From the NCBI GenBank assembly GCA_002840305.1, contig PHAI01000001.1, forward strand, positions 229,463 through 293,462: 64,000 nucleotides of DNA, in the 5' to 3' direction. Both the position numbers and the translations under genes were made by a program. The notes beneath the pieces were generated by a model, which was given only the letters and a program-made list of their open reading frames with translations, ran no database searches and was not told the DNA's origin. Positions 60,129-64,000 of the stretch are shown here, piece after piece. Origin of the DNA: Candidatus Falkowbacteria bacterium HGW-Falkowbacteria-1. GTDB taxonomy: Bacteria > Patescibacteriota > Patescibacteriia > Patescibacteriales > UBA12465. Position 1 is the stretch's first letter, and the number at the start of each line of letters is the position of its first letter.

Positions 60129-62372
60129 ATGGAAATACTGAAATGTTTAAAAAAGAATATCTTGCTCTTATTCATTTTACTTTTGTCACTGATTGTTAAT
60201 GTCGGTGCTATTTTTTATTATATTTATGAGTTAAATTGGCTTTCTTGGTTTTTTATTCTTTTTTTTAGTATTTTCGGTGTTTCTATTTTCTTTTATTTTA
60301 TCACTTATAAAAATTATCAGCAAGAATTTAAGAGCGGGGAAAAGCATAAAATTAAGATTGTCGATGTTATTTTATTCTCTCTAAGTCTTATTTCGTTTTT
60401 ATTTTTACTTTATGTTTTATATATAAGCTCAAGTAGTTTGGCCATTATTTCGCCTTGGCATTTTTTGCCGGCCTATTTCTTCCTTGTTTTTTCGGTGTTT
60501 TTGACCTTGGTTCTTTCTGGCTTTTATTTGAAAAGTTATTTTTCTAAAGTTCTTCTTATTTTTGTTTATTTTTTATTTTTTTCCGTTTCTTTTTTTATAT
60601 ATAAATTTGCCTTTGGCTACGATCAGCTTCTTCATCAAAGAGCTTTGTCCGAAATTTTACAGTTTGGGGTAATTAATCCCAAAACTTTTTATTATATCGG
60701 CCAATATTCTTTGGAGTTTTTTTTGATAAAGTCGCTACCATTTAGCTTGGAAACTATTAGCAGGGGATTAGTGCCATTTTTATCGGCTGTATTAGTTCCT
60801 TTATCTTTTTTGTTTAACTTTAAGGATAGAAATAAAAATATTTATTTTGTTTTACTTTTGCTTTTGTTTTTACCTTTTTCAATCTTTACTTATACCGTTC
60901 CGCAAAATTTAGCTTTTTTGTTTCTGACTTTAATAATAATTTTTTCTTTTAATAGTGACTTTATTGAAAAAAGGGGTGGCTTTTTGTTTTTATTTTCTTT
61001 GGCGCTATCTTCTTTTTTTATCCATCCTTTGGCAGGTATCCCGGCCTTAGTGTTTGTTTTTATCCTTTTTTTGTCTTTTCGACTTTCTTCTGTCATTTTG
61101 ACCGAGTTCTCAGCGAGAGGGCGAGCGGGGAAATCTATCTCCGCTTGTCATCTCGACCGAGAAAGTTGTGGAGCAACTTGCGAGCGGGGAGATCTGCTTC
61201 CTTTTGTTTTAGACCTCTCCACTCATTCGTCGCTTTGCTCCTTATTCGGTCGAGGTGACAAAAAAGAGACATCACTTTGTTCTTCGCTCGGTCGAGGTGA
61301 CAAAAAAGAGACATCACTTTGTTCTTCGTTCGGTCGAGGTGACAAAAAAGAGACATCACTTTGTTCTTCGTTCGGTCGAGGTGACAAAGATAAATGTTTT
61401 CCTTTATTATTTCGGCAAAGTGAGTGGTTCAGATGTAGACGAGGGCTTATTCAGAGAATATTGATAGTTTTCTCTTACGCTTCGCAAGTCTTAATTTTGC
61501 CGATTCTTCTTCTATTTGTGGGTGGAAAATTTTCTTGGCCAAAATTAAGTTTTGATTTCTTAATTCCTAGTATATTGGGACAAGAAAATGTTTTTTTAAA
61601 CTTTGTTTATTTCTTCTTTTTCAATAAATTCTATATTTTCTTCATTTTAATTATCTTTTCTGTTTATTTCTTTATTAAAAAATATAAATTTACCAATATT
61701 TTTGTGCTTAATTTTCTTGCTTTGTTTTTTTCTTATTTATTAAGTTTGTTTATTTCTTTTCCGTTTCTAAGCAATATTGATAAAAGCAGTTATTCTAATA
61801 GAATATTGATAATTTCTTTACTGTTTTTAATTCCTGTTTTTTACAATTTCTTTTCTGGCCTGCTTGATAAAATAAAAGTTAAAGATTTTTATTTCCGTCT
61901 TTATGTAGCTATATTTTTTGTTCTATTTTTAATTTCATCTCTGTATCTAAACTATCCGCGCAAAGATAATTATTTCAATTCTCGTGGTTATTCGGTGTCT
62001 TCTTTTGACTTTGAGGCTGTTAAATTAATCGAAGAGAAAAAAATAAATGACAATTATATAGTACTCGCCAACCAACAGGTGGGAGCAGCTGCAGTTAAAG
62101 AGTTTGGCTTTAAGAGATATTATGATGGCTGGTTTTATTATTCAGTTCAAACGGGTGGGCTTTTGTATGATTATTATTTAAAAATGCTTGAAAATCCAGA
62201 GGGGGAACTGATAGAAGGATTACTCTTGCAGGTAAAGGCTGATAATGCTTATGTAGTTGTAAATGATTATTGGTGGGCATTTGATAGAATCGTTAATGAA
62301 TTAAAGGTTGAGGCTGACAGTTATTACGAGGTTGGTGATGGTAAGATATTTATTTTTCATTTTGTAAAATAG
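60129..62372 (+). CDS. Large multi-pass membrane protein (possibly GT-C-like) carrying an in-frame palindromic-repeat insertion
   Basis: Many TM segments, GYDQLLH, FFIHP and a soluble C-terminal domain. A ~100-aa hydrophilic insert is encoded by 61092-61385. Start is 60129 or 60102. Confidence 0.8.
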   Translation: MEILKCLKKNILLLFILLLSLIVNVGAIFYYIYELNWLSWFFILFFSIFGVSIFFYFITYKNYQQEFKSGEKHKIKIVDVILFSLSLISFLFLLYVLYISSSSLAIISPWHFLPAYFFLVFSVFLTLVLSGFYLKSYFSKVLLIFVYFLFFSVSFFIYKFAFGYDQLLHQRALSEILQFGVINPKTFYYIGQYSLEFFLIKSLPFSLETISRGLVPFLSAVLVPLSFLFNFKDRNKNIYFVLLLLLFLPFSIFTYTVPQNLAFLFLTLIIIFSFNSDFIEKRGGFLFLFSLALSSFFIHPLAGIPALVFVFILFLSFRLSSVILTEFSARGRAGKSISACHLDRESCGATCERGDLLPFVLDLSTHSSLCSLFGRGDKKETSLCSSLGRGDKKETSLCSSFGRGDKKETSLCSSFGRGDKDKCFPLLFRQSEWFRCRRGLIQRILIVFSYASQVLILPILLLFVGGKFSWPKLSFDFLIPSILGQENVFLNFVYFFFFNKFYIFFILIIFSVYFFIKKYKFTNIFVLNFLALFFSYLLSLFISFPFLSNIDKSSYSNRILIISLLFLIPVFYNFFSGLLDKIKVKDFYFRLYVAIFFVLFLISSLYLNYPRKDNYFNSRGYSVSSFDFEAVKLIEEKKINDNYIVLANQQVGAAAVKEFGFKRYYDGWFYYSVQTGGLLYDYYLKMLENPEGELIEGLLLQVKADNAYVVVNDYWWAFDRIVNELKVEADSYYEVGDGKIFIFHFVK
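61092..61385. repeat. Intragenic REP-like cluster with a 42-bp tandem array
   Basis: Forward arms at 61092-61136 and 61147-61195 and a reverse arm at 61211-61259. CGGTCGAGGTGAC recurs at 61247, 61289, 61331 and 61373 (period 42). Confidence 0.92.
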
Positions 62373-62474
62373 ATTTTATTTTTTCATCATTTATCTTTAC
62401 TTTCTTCATTTTTTGGTATATATTTAAAGAAAGATTTATAAATTTAGTAGAGCGTTTTTAAAATAAATAAATAT

Positions 62475-63695
62475 ATGGAAAATAATATAAAAATAGATAA
62501 AGAGAAAATAAAGATTATAGACGAGCTACTAGAAAGAAGTGTGGCTGAAATTTTGCCGACGAAAGAAGCTTTTAAAGAGCTGCTCCTTTCTGGCAAAAAA
62601 ATTAGATTTTATATCGGAACAGATGCTACTGGTTCTTCTTTACATTTGGGCCATGCTACTAATTATATTGTCTTTGAAAAGCTAAGGAAATTGGGTCATG
62701 AAGCTATACTTTTGATAGGTGATTTTACGGCTAGAATAGGTGATCCATCTGATAAAACATCGGCCAGACAACAATTAAGCAGGGAGGATGTAAAGGAAAA
62801 TATCAAGACCTGGATGAAACAGTTAGAGCCTTTAATTGATTTTAATGATAAAATCAATCCTCCACTTGTTAAATATAATCATGATTGGCTCGCTAAACTA
62901 AACTTTGAAGACTTAATAGGTATTGCTTCTAATTTTACTGTTCAGAGAATGCTAGAAAGAGATATGTTTGAAAAAAGACTAAAAGAAGAAAAGCCAATTT
63001 ATGTTCATGAATTTTTTTATCCCTTAATGCAAGGATATGATAGTGTTGCCATGGATGTGGACATGGAGCTTTGTGGGAATGACCAGAAATTTAATGCTTT
63101 GGCTGGAAGAACACTACAGAAAAAATATAATAATAAAGAAAAATTTGTTTTTATAACTACTCTTTTGGTAAATCCAGTAACAGGAGAAAAAATGATGTCT
63201 AAAAGTTTGGGTACTGGAATTTTTTTAGATAGCTCTGTTAATGATATGTTTGGAAAGGTGATGACTCAAGCTGATGAAAATATAGCTCAACTTTTTGTTG
63301 ATTGCACATTCGTGCCCATGGATGAAATTAAAGATATTAAGAAAAAATTAAAAAATAATGAAGTAAATCCACGTGATCTAAAAATGGACCTAGCTTATGA
63401 AATAGTAAAAATTTATCATGGCGAACAAAAAGCCAAGGAAGCCAAAAATTATTTTGTTTCTACTTTTTCCAAAAAAGAAGTTCCGACAGAAATGACAGAG
63501 TTAAAACCAAGCGCTTATGATTTGGTTTCTATTCTTGTAGAAGCTAAATTTGTCAGCTCTAAAACTGATGCTAGAAGGGTAATAGAGCAGGGAGGAGTAA
63601 AAGTTGATTCCCAGGTGATTAAAGATACAAATTTTACTGTATTGGCAGGATCGGTTGTGCAGAAAGGCAAAATTAATTTTTTGAAGGTAAAGTAA
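62475..63695 (+). CDS. tyrS: Tyrosine-tRNA ligase
   Basis: LHLGH, GDFTARIGDPS, YPLMQGYDS, DQKFN, MMSKS and a C-terminal S4 domain. Confidence 0.97.
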   Translation: MENNIKIDKEKIKIIDELLERSVAEILPTKEAFKELLLSGKKIRFYIGTDATGSSLHLGHATNYIVFEKLRKLGHEAILLIGDFTARIGDPSDKTSARQQLSREDVKENIKTWMKQLEPLIDFNDKINPPLVKYNHDWLAKLNFEDLIGIASNFTVQRMLERDMFEKRLKEEKPIYVHEFFYPLMQGYDSVAMDVDMELCGNDQKFNALAGRTLQKKYNNKEKFVFITTLLVNPVTGEKMMSKSLGTGIFLDSSVNDMFGKVMTQADENIAQLFVDCTFVPMDEIKDIKKKLKNNEVNPRDLKMDLAYEIVKIYHGEQKAKEAKNYFVSTFSKKEVPTEMTELKPSAYDLVSILVEAKFVSSKTDARRVIEQGGVKVDSQVIKDTNFTVLAGSVVQKGKINFLKVK

Positions 63696-63750
63696 CCTAG
63701 TGGTGGTTTTGTAGAAGCTTTTTATAATATAGAATTATAATTATTTTAAT

Positions 63751-64000
63751 ATGGAAAAAATAGAAAGTCATAAACAAAATTGGGAAAAATTAGGGGAAAT
63801 GGATCCTTTATGGGCTGTTTTGTCTGATAACAGCAAGAGATTTAACAATTGGAACTTAGAAGAATTCCTGCAAACAGGAGAAGTTGAAGTCGAAAACGTT
63901 TATTCTGTTATGCGAGAGTTAAATGTTGGTTTGAATAAAGGGGAGGTATTGGATTTTGGTTGCGGAGTAGGAAGGCTAGCTAGACATTTCTTAAAACATT
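63751..64000 (+). CDS. Class I SAM-dependent methyltransferase, 3'-truncated by the window edge
   Basis: MEKIESHKQNWEKLGEMDPLWAVLSD...VLDFGCGVGRL; the frame is open to the end of the window. Confidence 0.85.
   Translation, partial: MEKIESHKQNWEKLGEMDPLWAVLSDNSKRFNNWNLEEFLQTGEVEVENVYSVMRELNVGLNKGEVLDFGCGVGRLARHFLKH

Noticed and set aside
61246..61385. 42-bp periodic repeats as a CRISPR array
   Set aside because: The intervening sequences are essentially identical rather than unique spacers, the array lies inside an ORF, and no cas genes are present.

Overview
AT-rich bacterial chromosome window. Its gene content suggests a Patescibacteria/CPR (Parcubacteria-like) genome, which is an inference: many type IV pilins, type-2 ValRS, SLASHQLRTPL histidine kinases, and few Shine-Dalgarno motifs. 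Housekeeping genes are ligA, gatCA, valS, typA, holB, frr, rseP, raiA/hpf, secA and tyrS. There is a minor-pilin operon, a solute-binding protein/histidine kinase/response regulator module, and a surface-glycosylation region (~39.8-62.4 kb). That region is associated with two giant pilin-adhesin fusions that share one pilin head but carry different beta-propeller tails. The most unusual structure surrounds two tRNA-Ser genes. tRNA-Ser(GGA) is preceded by a duplicate of its own 5' end plus a GIY-YIG nuclease ORF missing from the ORF track, and is followed by two copies of a GC-rich structured repeat bounded by tRNA 3'-end copies. tRNA-Ser(TGA) heads an array of single-gene cassettes separated by a conserved GTTCCAAAACG + tRNA-3'-end scar that degenerates with distance from the tRNA. 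A REP-like palindromic family occurs once between genes and once as an in-frame, tandemly amplified insertion inside a membrane-protein gene. No integrase, transposase, reverse transcriptase, rRNA or CRISPR array was seen.
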